Shown piece by piece: positions 19,748 to 29,968 of a stretch of DNA of 64,000 nucleotides (the first letter of the stretch is position 1; each line of letters begins with the position of its first letter). This DNA comes from Dehalococcoidia bacterium (GTDB taxonomy: Bacteria; Chloroflexota; Dehalococcoidia; Lucifugimonadales; CAJWER01), in assembly GCA_965116315.1 (NCBI GenBank), contig OZ220672.1:579208-643207 (forward strand), written 5' to 3'. A program made the position numbers and the translations under genes. Below the pieces are notes generated by a model. That model worked only from the letters and a program-made list of their open reading frames with translations. It searched no databases and was not told where the DNA came from.

Positions 19748-19875
19748 CTCCCCGTTTCCTGCAGCGGATAACCCCAATTACGAAGGCTGGCACTTGGTCG
19801 GATTCATAAACATGGGTCAATCGCCCCCCTCTCGTGTAGAATTACAGGCGGCCCACTTCGCGATCAGGAGCAACT

Positions 19876-21048
19876 TTGAGCGGGAACACGGTCCAGCGGC
19901 TTCCCGGCATGAGGGACATGGCCGGAGTCGAGTACAGCGCGGTCCAGGCAGCCTCGGCCGCCTTCGAGTCCCTTGCGACCGGGCGGGGCTACGACATGCT
20001 GGACACGCCGCTGCTGGAGCAGACGGAGCTGTTCGTGCGCAAGTCCGGGGGGGAGCTGACCACCCAGCTCTACTCGTTCGTCGATCCCGGCGGCAACCGC
20101 GTCAGCCTCAGGCCCGAGTTCACCTCGTCCGTGATCCGGCACTATGCGGAGCAGGGATACTCACCCGGTGAGCCCGTGCGGTGGCAGTACCGCGGGCCGG
20201 TGTTCAGGCACGACGGCGCGTTCCGGCAGTTCACACAGGCGGGAGCGGAGCTCATAGGCTCCGCGGGCGTGGAATCGGACTTCGAGATCGCGAGCCTGGC
20301 CTCCAACGGGCTTGCGGCGATGGGGGTCGAGAGGCACACGCTGCGGGTAGGCCACCTGGGGGTGATTCACGACCTGCTTGACTCGTTCGACCTGTCGGAG
20401 TCGGCCAAGCTCTTCGTCGTCAGCAGGATCAACGACCTCAAGTCGGGCAGCGCCGACTCGGCCGGCCTTGGCGCGGAGGCTCGCAGCCTCGGGCTCGTGC
20501 GAAACGGCTTCGACTCCGACGTGACCAGCGTCCTCGTCTCGCTGGGCCCGGATGCCGCTCGGGAGCTCATCGACGGCATGATGTCCGGCTCGACCGCCAG
20601 CTCCATGGGCCGGCGCACGACCGACGAGGTCGTCGGGCGCCTTCTGCGCAAGGTGAGGACCGCGGACCGGGCTGACAGGCTCGAGGAGGCCCTGCGAGTT
20701 GCCGGCGAGGTGGTGCGCATAGAGGGGGAGCCCTCGGACGCCCTGGCGCGCGCCCGCGCGAATGGCGTCCGGTCGGAGAGGCTGGACCAGGTTGCCGAGC
20801 TCACGGACAGGCTGGCGGGCGACGCCGCGGTCGACAGGCGCGTAGTCGTCGATCTAGGCGTGGCACGAGGGCTCGCCTACTACACGGGCTTCATCTTTGA
20901 CGTCGAGATCGACGGGCCGGATGGCGTGCTCTCCCTCGGCGGCGGCGGCAGGTATGACGGCCTCGTGCGGGCGCTGGGCGGCGATGACACCCCGGCGCTC
21001 GGGTTTGCGTACACCCTCGAGTCCGTCGCCGCGGCGGTTGGGGGGTAA
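19876..21048 (+). CDS. hisZ: ATP phosphoribosyltransferase regulatory subunit (HisRS paralog lacking the anticodon-binding domain)
   Basis: LPGMRD..., TPLLEQTELF, RLYSF-like and LRPEFT motifs, then GGGRYD...LGFAY at the C-terminal end with no anticodon-binding domain. Lies immediately upstream of hisG. AGGAG lies 5 nt before the TTG start. Confidence 0.8.
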   Translation: MSGNTVQRLPGMRDMAGVEYSAVQAASAAFESLATGRGYDMLDTPLLEQTELFVRKSGGELTTQLYSFVDPGGNRVSLRPEFTSSVIRHYAEQGYSPGEPVRWQYRGPVFRHDGAFRQFTQAGAELIGSAGVESDFEIASLASNGLAAMGVERHTLRVGHLGVIHDLLDSFDLSESAKLFVVSRINDLKSGSADSAGLGAEARSLGLVRNGFDSDVTSVLVSLGPDAARELIDGMMSGSTASSMGRRTTDEVVGRLLRKVRTADRADRLEEALRVAGEVVRIEGEPSDALARARANGVRSERLDQVAELTDRLAGDAAVDRRVVVDLGVARGLAYYTGFIFDVEIDGPDGVLSLGGGGRYDGLVRALGGDDTPALGFAYTLESVAAAVGG

Positions 21049-21052
21049 GGGG

Positions 21053-22048
21053 ATGCTCCGGCTCGCGGTTCCCAGCGACGGCGCACTGCACGAACCGTCC
21101 CTCGACTTCCTGGGCGCGTGCGGCCTGGGAATCCGGCGGTCCAGCCTCCGGCGGTACACGGCGGAGGTGCCGGCCCTGCCGGGCGTCGTCGTCCACTTCC
21201 AGAGAGCCGCCGACATCGGGCTCAAGGTGGAGGATGGAAGCTCCGACATGGGGCTGATCGGGCGCGACCGCTTCCTCGAGACGCGGCGGGAGAAGGGCGA
21301 CACGATCGTGGCCGTGGACAATCTCGGCTTCGGGCAGTCCGATCTCGTGATAGGCGTCCCTGACGGCTGGCTGGACGTCTCCTCCATGGCCGATCTCGCG
21401 GAGCTGTCGATGGAGTTCAGGGAGCGTGGCAGGGACCTGCGGATAGCCACGAAGTACCCCAGGCTGGTCGAGACCTTCCTCCTGTCAAGGGGGGTCTCCT
21501 TCTTCTCCCTCGTCGAGTCCAGCGGCACCCTCGAGGCCGCGCCCGCTATGGGCTACGCGGACATCATCGTCGACATCTCGACCACCGGCACCACACTCAG
21601 GGAGAACCGCCTCAAGACTATCGACGGGGGCTCGGTCATGTCATCGGAGGCGTGCCTGATAGCCAACGGCGCGCTGGTGCCCTCGAATCCGGAGACCCTT
21701 GGCCTGGCGACGGCGCTGCTGGAGCGCATCGAGGCCCACATGCTGGCGCAGGACTTCTACAGCGTGACGACCAATATGCAGGGCGAGGAGTCGGAGGACA
21801 TCGCCCGCCGCGTGCTGGAGCACGAGGACATCTCGGGGCTTCGCGGGCCGACCATTTCCAAGGTACACACCCGGGACGGCGAGGGCTGGTACGCCGTGAC
21901 CGTGATCGTCGAGAAGGAGCGCCTGCTGGACGTCGTGGACAAGTTCAGGACGATAGGGGGCAGCTCGGTCACGGTGTCCCAGCCGGGGTACGTGTTCAAG
22001 TCGGAAAGCGCCGCCGCGAAGCGCCTGAGGGCGGCGGGCCGCGTCTGA
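21053..22048 (+). CDS. hisG: ATP phosphoribosyltransferase, long form with C-terminal regulatory domain
   Basis: MLRLAVPSDGALHEPSLDFL..., GYADIIVDISTTGTTLRENRL, and a C-terminal ~90-aa HisG_C-like domain (GPTISKVH...WYAVTVIVEKERLLDVVDKFRTIGGSSVTV). Confidence 0.9.
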   Translation: MLRLAVPSDGALHEPSLDFLGACGLGIRRSSLRRYTAEVPALPGVVVHFQRAADIGLKVEDGSSDMGLIGRDRFLETRREKGDTIVAVDNLGFGQSDLVIGVPDGWLDVSSMADLAELSMEFRERGRDLRIATKYPRLVETFLLSRGVSFFSLVESSGTLEAAPAMGYADIIVDISTTGTTLRENRLKTIDGGSVMSSEACLIANGALVPSNPETLGLATALLERIEAHMLAQDFYSVTTNMQGEESEDIARRVLEHEDISGLRGPTISKVHTRDGEGWYAVTVIVEKERLLDVVDKFRTIGGSSVTVSQPGYVFKSESAAAKRLRAAGRV

Positions 22049-22049
22049 C

Positions 22050-22781
22050 GTGCCCAACCTGCCGGCGCACATAGGTCTCGCCCGCGACGCCGCCGATCGA
22101 ATCGCCAGCCCGGTCATCGTCGGGAACATGGGGTACTTCCTGCTGGGGTCGACCGCGCCGGACATGCGGGCGATCACGAAGCGTACCAGGGAGCACTACC
22201 ACTTCGCGCCGCTCGACTTCGAGCAAGTCGGCGATGGCGTGGGGGCCATGCTGGAGTCCAACCCGCACCTGGCAGGGCTGGACGGCAGGAAGGCCGCTTT
22301 CGTAGCCGGGTATATCTCACATATCGTCCTCGACGAGTGCTGGATTACGGGTGTATTCAGGCCCGCCTTCGTGGGTGCGGGCGCCGCTCCCGATGCCAGG
22401 GGCCTCGTGCTGGACAGGGCGCTACAGCTGGAGCTGGACCGCCGGACGGATGGAGAGGGGGAGTACCTGGGCCTGATGCGGGATGCCTCCTTGCCCCTCG
22501 ACCTGGGCTTCGTGTCCGACGAGGAGGTCGCGGGGTGGCGCAGCTGGGTGGTCGAGTTCCTGGAGCGCGACTTTTCGTGGGAGCGGCTTCGATTCATGGC
22601 CCGACGCATCGCCAGGGGCGACGAAGCCCACGCGGCCCACGCCGTTGCAGATGAGCTGCTGCGCTCGACTCCAGAGAGCCTGGAGGCGATGTTCGAGGTC
22701 GTCTCCCGCGACGAGCTGCGGGAATTCGAACGACGCTCGGTGGACACGCTGTGCGAGCACCTCGAGGGTTACCTGCGATGA
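22050..22781 (+). CDS. Zinc-dependent phospholipase C-like (PLC/P1-nuclease fold) metallohydrolase family protein
   Basis: MPNLPAHIGLA...FLLGSTAPD...GYISHIVLDECW resembles the His/Asp metal-ligand pattern of Zn_dep_PLPC proteins. The GTG start is 1 nt after the hisG stop, and its stop overlaps the hisD ATG (ATGA). Confidence 0.55.
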   Translation: MPNLPAHIGLARDAADRIASPVIVGNMGYFLLGSTAPDMRAITKRTREHYHFAPLDFEQVGDGVGAMLESNPHLAGLDGRKAAFVAGYISHIVLDECWITGVFRPAFVGAGAAPDARGLVLDRALQLELDRRTDGEGEYLGLMRDASLPLDLGFVSDEEVAGWRSWVVEFLERDFSWERLRFMARRIARGDEAHAAHAVADELLRSTPESLEAMFEVVSRDELREFERRSVDTLCEHLEGYLR

Positions 22782-24106
22782 TGATCGTCCACGGGGCGGC
22801 GGAGGCGGCGAGGGTTCTCCGGGACCGTCGCATCAGCCAGCGGGACGACATTCCGGCCGGGGTGCTGGAGACGTCGTCCAAGGCCCTGGGACAGCCTGTG
22901 TCTTCGGTCGACGAGTTCGTACGGCTGGTCCTCGCAAGGGTGCGCGAGGGGGGAGACCGGGCGGTGTGCGACCTGACCGAGAAGCTGGACGGCCGTGACC
23001 CGGGCGAGCTTGAAGTGCCCCGCGCGGCCATCGCGGACGTCTATGAGCAGGTGCCCGTCGAGGTGGTGGAAGCTCTGCGGCTCGCAGCCGACCGCGCGCG
23101 GGAGTTTCACCGCCGGAGTCTCCCTGCGGGGTGGTTCGACGAGGAGAAGGGGTACGGCGAGGTCTTCAATCCCGTGGGCCGGGCGGGAGCGTACGTTCCC
23201 GCGGGCTCGGCGCCGTTACCTTCCACTGCGATCATGACGATCGTGCCGGCCAGGATTGCCGGTGTGACGGAGGTGATCGCGGTCACGCCTCCCGGACCGG
23301 GCGGATCGCCAGACCCGTCGGTGCTGGTGGCCGCCGACATCGCGGGCGTCGACCGCGTATTCGGCATCGGCGGGGCGCAGGCAATCGCCGCCATGGCATA
23401 CGGGACCGAGACGGTGCCGGCCGTCGACATGCTGTGCGGGCCGGGCAACGTCTTCGTCACCGCGGCCAAGAAGATGCTCTTCGGCGAGGTGGGCATAGAC
23501 GGCCTGTATGGGCCCACCGAGACGCTGGTCGTCGCGGACGGGTCGGCCAACCCGACGCTGTGCGCCGCCGATCTCCTGGCCCAGGCCGAGCACGACGTTA
23601 TGGCGACGCCCATTCTCGTCACAACGTCGGCGGACCTTGCCGACGACGTCCGCCGAGAGCTGGAGGTGAGGGCGGGCCGGCTCGAACGCGGGGCCACGGC
23701 GCTTCAGGCGGTCGAAGGCCGGGGCTGCATCGCGGTGGTGGACAGCGTGGAGGAGGCGATAGCGATCGCCAACGACTTTGCGCCCGAGCACGTCTCGCTG
23801 ATGGTCGAGGACGCCCGCGACCACGTGGACAGCATAACGAGCGCGGGGGCCATATTCGCGGGCGAGCTGTCGCACGAGGTGCTGGGGGACTACGTGGCGG
23901 GGCCGAGTCACGTCATGCCGACAGGCGGCACGGCGCGGTTCGGGTCCGGGCTGAACGTGCGGTCGTTCCTGAAGGTCAGCCCTGTCGTCGCGCTCGACGA
24001 CGAACAATCGTTGGAGCTGGGCAGGGCCGCGGCTACAATAGGACGGGCGGAGGGGCTGACGGCCCACGCCGAGGCGGCGGAGATACGCGAGGAGCTTCGG
24101 CCCTGA
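22778..24106 (+). CDS. hisD: Histidinol dehydrogenase
   Basis: Full-length HisD-like sequence (GAYVPAGSAPLPSTAIM, GIGGAQAIAAMAYGT, AEHD, SHVMPTGGTARF). ATG 22778 overlaps the upstream stop. Confidence 0.95.
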   Translation: MMIVHGAAEAARVLRDRRISQRDDIPAGVLETSSKALGQPVSSVDEFVRLVLARVREGGDRAVCDLTEKLDGRDPGELEVPRAAIADVYEQVPVEVVEALRLAADRAREFHRRSLPAGWFDEEKGYGEVFNPVGRAGAYVPAGSAPLPSTAIMTIVPARIAGVTEVIAVTPPGPGGSPDPSVLVAADIAGVDRVFGIGGAQAIAAMAYGTETVPAVDMLCGPGNVFVTAAKKMLFGEVGIDGLYGPTETLVVADGSANPTLCAADLLAQAEHDVMATPILVTTSADLADDVRRELEVRAGRLERGATALQAVEGRGCIAVVDSVEEAIAIANDFAPEHVSLMVEDARDHVDSITSAGAIFAGELSHEVLGDYVAGPSHVMPTGGTARFGSGLNVRSFLKVSPVVALDDEQSLELGRAAATIGRAEGLTAHAEAAEIREELRP

Positions 24107-24119
24107 CGGAGGTACAACA

Positions 24120-25232
24120 GTGAGCAGCACGCAGACGAGGCCGGGCATGGAAGACCTGATTCGCGCCCACCTGCAGGACGTAAAGACGTACGAGCCGGTG
24201 GACCCGCCGGAGGTGCTGGCGCAGAGGGCGGGGATTCCCGCCGACCAGGTCATCAAGCTGAACGGCAACGAGAACCCCTTCGGCAGCGCGCCGGAGGTTG
24301 TGGAGGCCGTCTCGAAGGCGCCGTTCCACGTGTACCCCGACCCGTTCCAGAGGGCCATGCGCGCATCAATCGCCGGCTACACAGGCGTCGACGAGGGTCA
24401 CATAGTCGCGGGCGCGGGCAGCGACGAGCTGATCGACCTGCTGTTCCGGCTGTTCATCTCGCCCGGCGACGCGATCATCGACAGCGATCCCACCTTCGGG
24501 ATGTACGGCTTCTGCGCGAGGATTGCGGGCGCCGAGACGGTGATGGTGCCCCGTACGGACGACTTCGACGTGGACGTCGACGGGGTCGCGAGGGCAGCGC
24601 GGAAGCCCGGCGCCAAGATCATATTCGTGAGCTCGCCGAACAACCCCACGGGGAATGCCGTTTCCGAAGAGCAGGTGAGGGCGCTGCTCGACACGGGCCT
24701 GGTGATCGTCGTCGACGAGGCGTACTTCGAGTTCTCGGGGCTCACCGCCGCCGGACTCGTCCCCGAGTACGAGAACCTGGTCGTGCTGCGGACGATGAGC
24801 AAGTGGGCGGGGCTGGCCGGACTGCGCGTCGGCTACGGGCTAATGAGTCCCCGGCTCGTGCAGCACATCATGGACATCAAGCCGCCGTACAACGTGAACA
24901 TCGCAGCCGAGGCTGCGCTGATTGCGTCGATGGAGAACGCCGGGGGGCTGCTGGAGCGCGTGCGGGTCATCATCGACGAGCGGGAGCGCATGTTCCGGCT
25001 ACTGCAAGAGATCCCTGGGGTATCGCCTTGGCCGTCGTACGGCAACTTCATACTGTGCAGCTTCGCGCCCGGGGTAGCCGGGGCCGTCTACGACGGGCTT
25101 GGCGCCCGCGGCATCTTCGTACGGCGCTTCAGCACGGAGCGCCTCGCCGACACTTTTCGTATAACCGTCGGCAGCCGGGGGGAGACCGACGCTGTGATAG
25201 CCGCTATGAGGGAGCTGGTTCCCGGCACGTAG
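24120..25232 (+). CDS. hisC: Histidinol-phosphate aminotransferase
   Basis: LNGNENPFG, VFVSSPNNPTG-like segment and RTMSKWAGLAGLRVGY (PLP lysine). GGAGG precedes the GTG start. Confidence 0.9.
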   Translation: MSSTQTRPGMEDLIRAHLQDVKTYEPVDPPEVLAQRAGIPADQVIKLNGNENPFGSAPEVVEAVSKAPFHVYPDPFQRAMRASIAGYTGVDEGHIVAGAGSDELIDLLFRLFISPGDAIIDSDPTFGMYGFCARIAGAETVMVPRTDDFDVDVDGVARAARKPGAKIIFVSSPNNPTGNAVSEEQVRALLDTGLVIVVDEAYFEFSGLTAAGLVPEYENLVVLRTMSKWAGLAGLRVGYGLMSPRLVQHIMDIKPPYNVNIAAEAALIASMENAGGLLERVRVIIDERERMFRLLQEIPGVSPWPSYGNFILCSFAPGVAGAVYDGLGARGIFVRRFSTERLADTFRITVGSRGETDAVIAAMRELVPGT

Positions 25233-25266
25233 GGTGATCGGCCTTCTCCCACTTGGAGGCTGTCAA

Positions 25267-25297
25267 TCGTCGTTCCTGCGAAGGCAGGAACCCAGAG
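25267..25297. repeat. Hairpin repeat, family E (CGTCGTTCCTGCGAAGGCAGGAACCCAG)
   Basis: 8-bp stem GTTCCTGC/GCAGGAAC. An inverted copy lies at 26607-26635 and a diverged copy at 36427-36453. Confidence 0.7.
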
Positions 25298-25479
25298 CGT
25301 GGGGGGAGTGGCCAGTCCTAGCCTAGCCGTCACTGTTCAGGAGTGTTGTGTCCTGGACCACTTCGCCCTTCAGCGGGGCGAGAGCCCCCATCCTCTCGGC
25401 AAACTCAGGACAGGCTCAATCTTCCCCCTCGGGAGACCTGTGTATAACACCGTAGAGTGCGGGAAGGGACCCCACCCTC

Positions 25480-26606
<1,127 letters not shown>

Positions 26607-26635
26607 CTGGGTTCCTGCCTCCGCAGGAACGACGG
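26607..26635. repeat. Hairpin repeat, family E, inverted relative to 25267-25297
   Basis: CTGGGTTCCTGCCTCCGCAGGAACGACGG is the reverse complement of the left copy with one mismatch. Confidence 0.7.
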
Positions 26636-26775
26636 CTATACGCGCAACTCGGCCGCGCACGAGGTTGTGCAAAGGTTCCCTCGGGGGGAAGAGGTCGAGC
26701 CGCCGGCCAGCTTCTCATGGTGCCCTCAGCCGGGCTAGTCGGGTACAATGATGCCCGGTCCCAGCCAGCTCGGAG

Positions 26776-28398
26776 GTGGCAGCCTTGGGCAGTAGCAACG
26801 ACGTAGCCGATGTTGTCGTGATAGGGGCGGGGGCGTCGGGCGGGGCTTTTTCGTGGCGCCTGGCGAGGGCCGGTTTCGACGTAGTGTGCCTGGAGCAGGG
26901 CGGCTGGCCCGACCCCCACGACTACGCGAGCGGCAGGGACGACTGGGAGCTGTCCCGCCTCTCCTACATGAGCCCGGACCCGAACGTGCGCGGCCTGCCG
27001 GAGGACTACCCCGTCAATAACGACGACTCGCCCATCGCGCCGCTGATGCATAACGCGGTCGGCGGCAGCACGATCCACTGGAGCGCCCACTTTCCGCGCT
27101 TCCGGCCCTCGGACTTCAGGGTGAAGTCCCTGGACGGGGTGGCCGACGACTTCCCGATGACCTACGATGACCTGGAGCCGTTCTTCGATGAGAACGACAG
27201 GATCAGCGGCGTCGCAGGATTGACGGGCGACCCCGGCTACCCTGAGAAGTCGGAGCGCCAGACGCGGGCCATCCCACTCGGCAAGCCTGGCGAGACCATA
27301 GCCCGGGGGTTCGACAAGCTGGGGTGGCACTGGTGGCCCTCGGACAGCGCCATCCTCACCGAGGCCTACGACGGGCGCGCGGCCTGCAACAACTGCGGCC
27401 CGTGCGACATCGGCTGCTACCGCAAGGCCAAGGCCAGCACCGACGTCACATACTGGCCCAAGGCCATCGCCGCCGGGGCTGAGCTCAGGACCCGGTGCCG
27501 CGTCAGCGAGATCACCCTGGGCAGCGACGGTCGGGCGGACGGGGTCGTCTACTATGACGAGAGCGGCGCGTTGCAGCGCCAGAAGGGCAGGGCGGTCGTC
27601 GTCGCGTGCAACGGCATCGGCACGCCGAGGCTTCTGCTCAACTCGGAGTCAGGGCGGTTCCCCACTGGGCTTGCCAACAGCAGCGGGCTGGTCGGCAAGA
27701 ACCTCATGTTCCACCCCTACGCCATGGTCTCGGGGGTGTTCGACGAGAGGCTCGACGGCTACAAGGGGCCGATCGGATGCGCCATCCTGAGCCAGGAGTT
27801 CTACGAGACGGACCTGTCGCGCGGCTTCGTGAGGGGCTACACCTTCCAGATCGCCCGCAGCTCGGGTCCGGTCAACACGGCCCTGGGGGGACTTGGCGGC
27901 CACGGCCCGATTCCGTGGGGCACGGAGCATCACGACGTCATGCGGGAGCGGTTCGGCCACACCCTGACCATTGCGGTCATCGGCGAGGACCTGCCGGAGC
28001 ACCACAATGCCGTCACCATCGACGGCGACCTGGCCGACAGCCACGGCATCCCCGCGCCGAAGGTCACTTACACCATGAGCGAGAACAGCACCAGGATGAT
28101 GGACCACGGCATCGAGAAGTCCACCCTCGTTCTGGAAGCGGCCGGCGCGAAGGACGTACTGGTCAATCCACTGCTGCGACCGGCGGGCTGGCACCTGATG
28201 GGAACGGCGAGAATGGGCAACGACCCCGAGACGTCGGTGGTCGACGCGGAGGGCAGGGCGCACGACGTCGACAACCTGTACATCATCGACGGCAGCATCC
28301 TGGTCACTGGCGGGGCGGTCAACCCCACGTCGACCATACAGGCGCTGGCGCTCTACGTAGCCGAGCGGTTCGTGGAGCGCGCCGGCAGCGCGGGGTAG
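26776..28398 (+). CDS. GMC family FAD-dependent oxidoreductase
   Basis: VVVIGAGASGGAFSWRLARAGFDVVCLEQG dinucleotide fold, and the GMC C-terminal H..GT.RMG...VVD..GR.HDV.NLYI.DGS motif. Confidence 0.85.
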   Translation: MAALGSSNDVADVVVIGAGASGGAFSWRLARAGFDVVCLEQGGWPDPHDYASGRDDWELSRLSYMSPDPNVRGLPEDYPVNNDDSPIAPLMHNAVGGSTIHWSAHFPRFRPSDFRVKSLDGVADDFPMTYDDLEPFFDENDRISGVAGLTGDPGYPEKSERQTRAIPLGKPGETIARGFDKLGWHWWPSDSAILTEAYDGRAACNNCGPCDIGCYRKAKASTDVTYWPKAIAAGAELRTRCRVSEITLGSDGRADGVVYYDESGALQRQKGRAVVVACNGIGTPRLLLNSESGRFPTGLANSSGLVGKNLMFHPYAMVSGVFDERLDGYKGPIGCAILSQEFYETDLSRGFVRGYTFQIARSSGPVNTALGGLGGHGPIPWGTEHHDVMRERFGHTLTIAVIGEDLPEHHNAVTIDGDLADSHGIPAPKVTYTMSENSTRMMDHGIEKSTLVLEAAGAKDVLVNPLLRPAGWHLMGTARMGNDPETSVVDAEGRAHDVDNLYIIDGSILVTGGAVNPTSTIQALALYVAERFVERAGSAG

Positions 28399-28422
28399 CA
28401 GCGGACCAGCGAGGAGAGGCGC

Positions 28423-28893
28423 ATGACTGGAGGCGAGACCACTACGTCGCTCACTGAGGAGCAGACTGCCCTGGCGTCGGAGGTGCTGGACCAGTTGATT
28501 CCGGGCCGCGACGACTTCCCAGGAGCGGGCGAGTTGGGGATAGCCCAACACCTGGAGGGCGTAGCCGCGTCCGACCCGGGCCTAGGGCGGCTCTTCCACG
28601 ATGGCCTGGCCGCCATCGAGTCGACGGGCCGAAGCACTTACTCGGCAGCCTTTGGCGATCTTGGCGACGACCAGAAGGTCCAGGTGCTGCTCGCCGTCGA
28701 GGCCGAGAGGTCCCAGGCCTTCGCAATGCTGGTCAGGCATGCGTACGCGGGCTACTATTCGAACCGCAGGGTCATCGAGCTGATGGGCTTGGAGGCGCGC
28801 CCGCCCCAGCCGCTGGGGTTCGACCTGGACCCGTTCGATCCAACGGCGGTGGAGCATATCAAAGAACGAGGCAAGATCTGGCGAGACGTTTAG
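28423..28893 (+). CDS. Gluconate 2-dehydrogenase subunit 3-like small subunit
   Basis: LTEEQTALASEVLDQLIPGRDDFPGAGELGI...YAGYYS pattern. Lies directly downstream of the GMC large subunit. No twin-arginine signal is visible. Confidence 0.65.
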   Translation: MTGGETTTSLTEEQTALASEVLDQLIPGRDDFPGAGELGIAQHLEGVAASDPGLGRLFHDGLAAIESTGRSTYSAAFGDLGDDQKVQVLLAVEAERSQAFAMLVRHAYAGYYSNRRVIELMGLEARPPQPLGFDLDPFDPTAVEHIKERGKIWRDV

Positions 28894-28998
28894 CCGAAGT
28901 CCCGCGGCATACCGACCGCAGGGAGGAATCTAAGGTGTCTTGCCGTCGCGCCAATGGTGTCGGTCCAGCTACGAGACCAGTTCCCGAAGCAAGGTTCC

Positions 28999-29037
28999 TA
29001 GATTCCTCACTTCGCTCCGCTGCGTTCGGAATGACGG
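28999..29037. repeat. Hairpin repeat, family D, expanded copy
   Basis: TAGATTCCTCACTTCGCTCCGCTGCGTTCGGAATGACGG, compare 8021-8047. Confidence 0.65.
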
Positions 29038-29140
29038 ACGCGGAGGTCTTGCATAGGTCTCTTGAGGCGGAAGGTTACAATGGGACCTGGCACGCAGGGT
29101 GTGAACAGGGCTCCAGGGAATCACAGACACTAGCGAGAGG

Positions 29141-29740
29141 GTGAACTTGGACAATAGGACGGCGAAGCTGACACGCGAGACCGGCGAGACCCAGGTCTCA
29201 GTTGCGGTGAACATCGACGGCGAGGGCTCATACGACATCGTCACCGGCAACGGGATGCTCAATCACATGCTGGCCCAGCTATCGAGGCACGGGCTAATCG
29301 ACCTGCAGGTATCGGCCACGGGGGACATCGATGTTGGGTGGCACCACCTGGTCGAGGACACGGCGATAGTGCTGGGACGCGCCCTGAACGAGGCTGTGGG
29401 AGACGGGCAGGGGATCGTGCGGATGGGTCACTCCTACGTGCCCCTCGACGAGGCGCTGGCATTCGTGGCCGTCGATTTCGGCGGGCGCGGCTACGCAGTC
29501 GTCGACACCCAGCTCACCGAGACGGACCTGGGCGACCTGTCGCCCCAACTCGTGCACCACTTCCTGGAGACGCTGGCGCTGGAGGGCCGGTTCAACCTGC
29601 ACGTTCGCGTGCTGGCGGGCGCGAGCAATCACCACAAGGCCGAGGCGGTCTTCAAGGCCCTGGCGCGGGCGTCGCGAGCTGCGTTATCGCTGGACCCGCG
29701 GCGCACGGGCATCCCCAGCACCAAGGGCACCATCGGCTAG
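29141..29740 (+). CDS. hisB: Imidazoleglycerol-phosphate dehydratase (monofunctional)
   Basis: RETGETQVSVAVNIDG, GNGMLNHMLAQLSRHGLIDL, HHLVEDTAIVLG, HHKAEAVFKALARA. 199 aa, so no N-terminal phosphatase domain. Confidence 0.9.
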   Translation: MNLDNRTAKLTRETGETQVSVAVNIDGEGSYDIVTGNGMLNHMLAQLSRHGLIDLQVSATGDIDVGWHHLVEDTAIVLGRALNEAVGDGQGIVRMGHSYVPLDEALAFVAVDFGGRGYAVVDTQLTETDLGDLSPQLVHHFLETLALEGRFNLHVRVLAGASNHHKAEAVFKALARASRAALSLDPRRTGIPSTKGTIG

Positions 29741-29813
29741 CACGGGGGCGGAGACTAGGGCGTTCGCAGTTAGCTTGTCGAAGGGCAGGCCCAGCCAGCA
29801 AAGGGTAGCTGTC

Positions 29814-29917
29814 CAGAGTTGATGAGACATAGACAATTCGCTCTTCGGCAGCGCGAGAGCCCCCATCTCAATCTTCCCCCTCGGGGGGGAAGAGGCCGAG
29901 CCGCCTCCCTTCAACCC
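29814..29917. repeat. MITE/REP-like element, family B
   Basis: CAGAGTTGATGAGACATAGACAATTCGCTCTTCGGCAGCGCGAGAGCCCCCATCTCAATCTTCCCCCTCGGGGGGGAAGAGG... Closely similar to 32716-32805. Confidence 0.7.
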
Positions 29918-29968
29918 TGAACATTTGCAGCGAAGGTTGTCTCTAGCTACTCCCGAAGGAGGACACTC

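Noticed and set aside
25438-25464. 27-nt filler (AGACCTGTGTATAACACCGTAGAGTGC) splitting the family B hairpin CTTCCCCCTCGGG / GGGAAGGGAC, considered as an IS end or excision footprint
   Set aside because: I cannot distinguish between a variant loop, a footprint and the true left end of the IS110 element without other copies or empty sites. No inverted or direct repeat partner was found at the right side.
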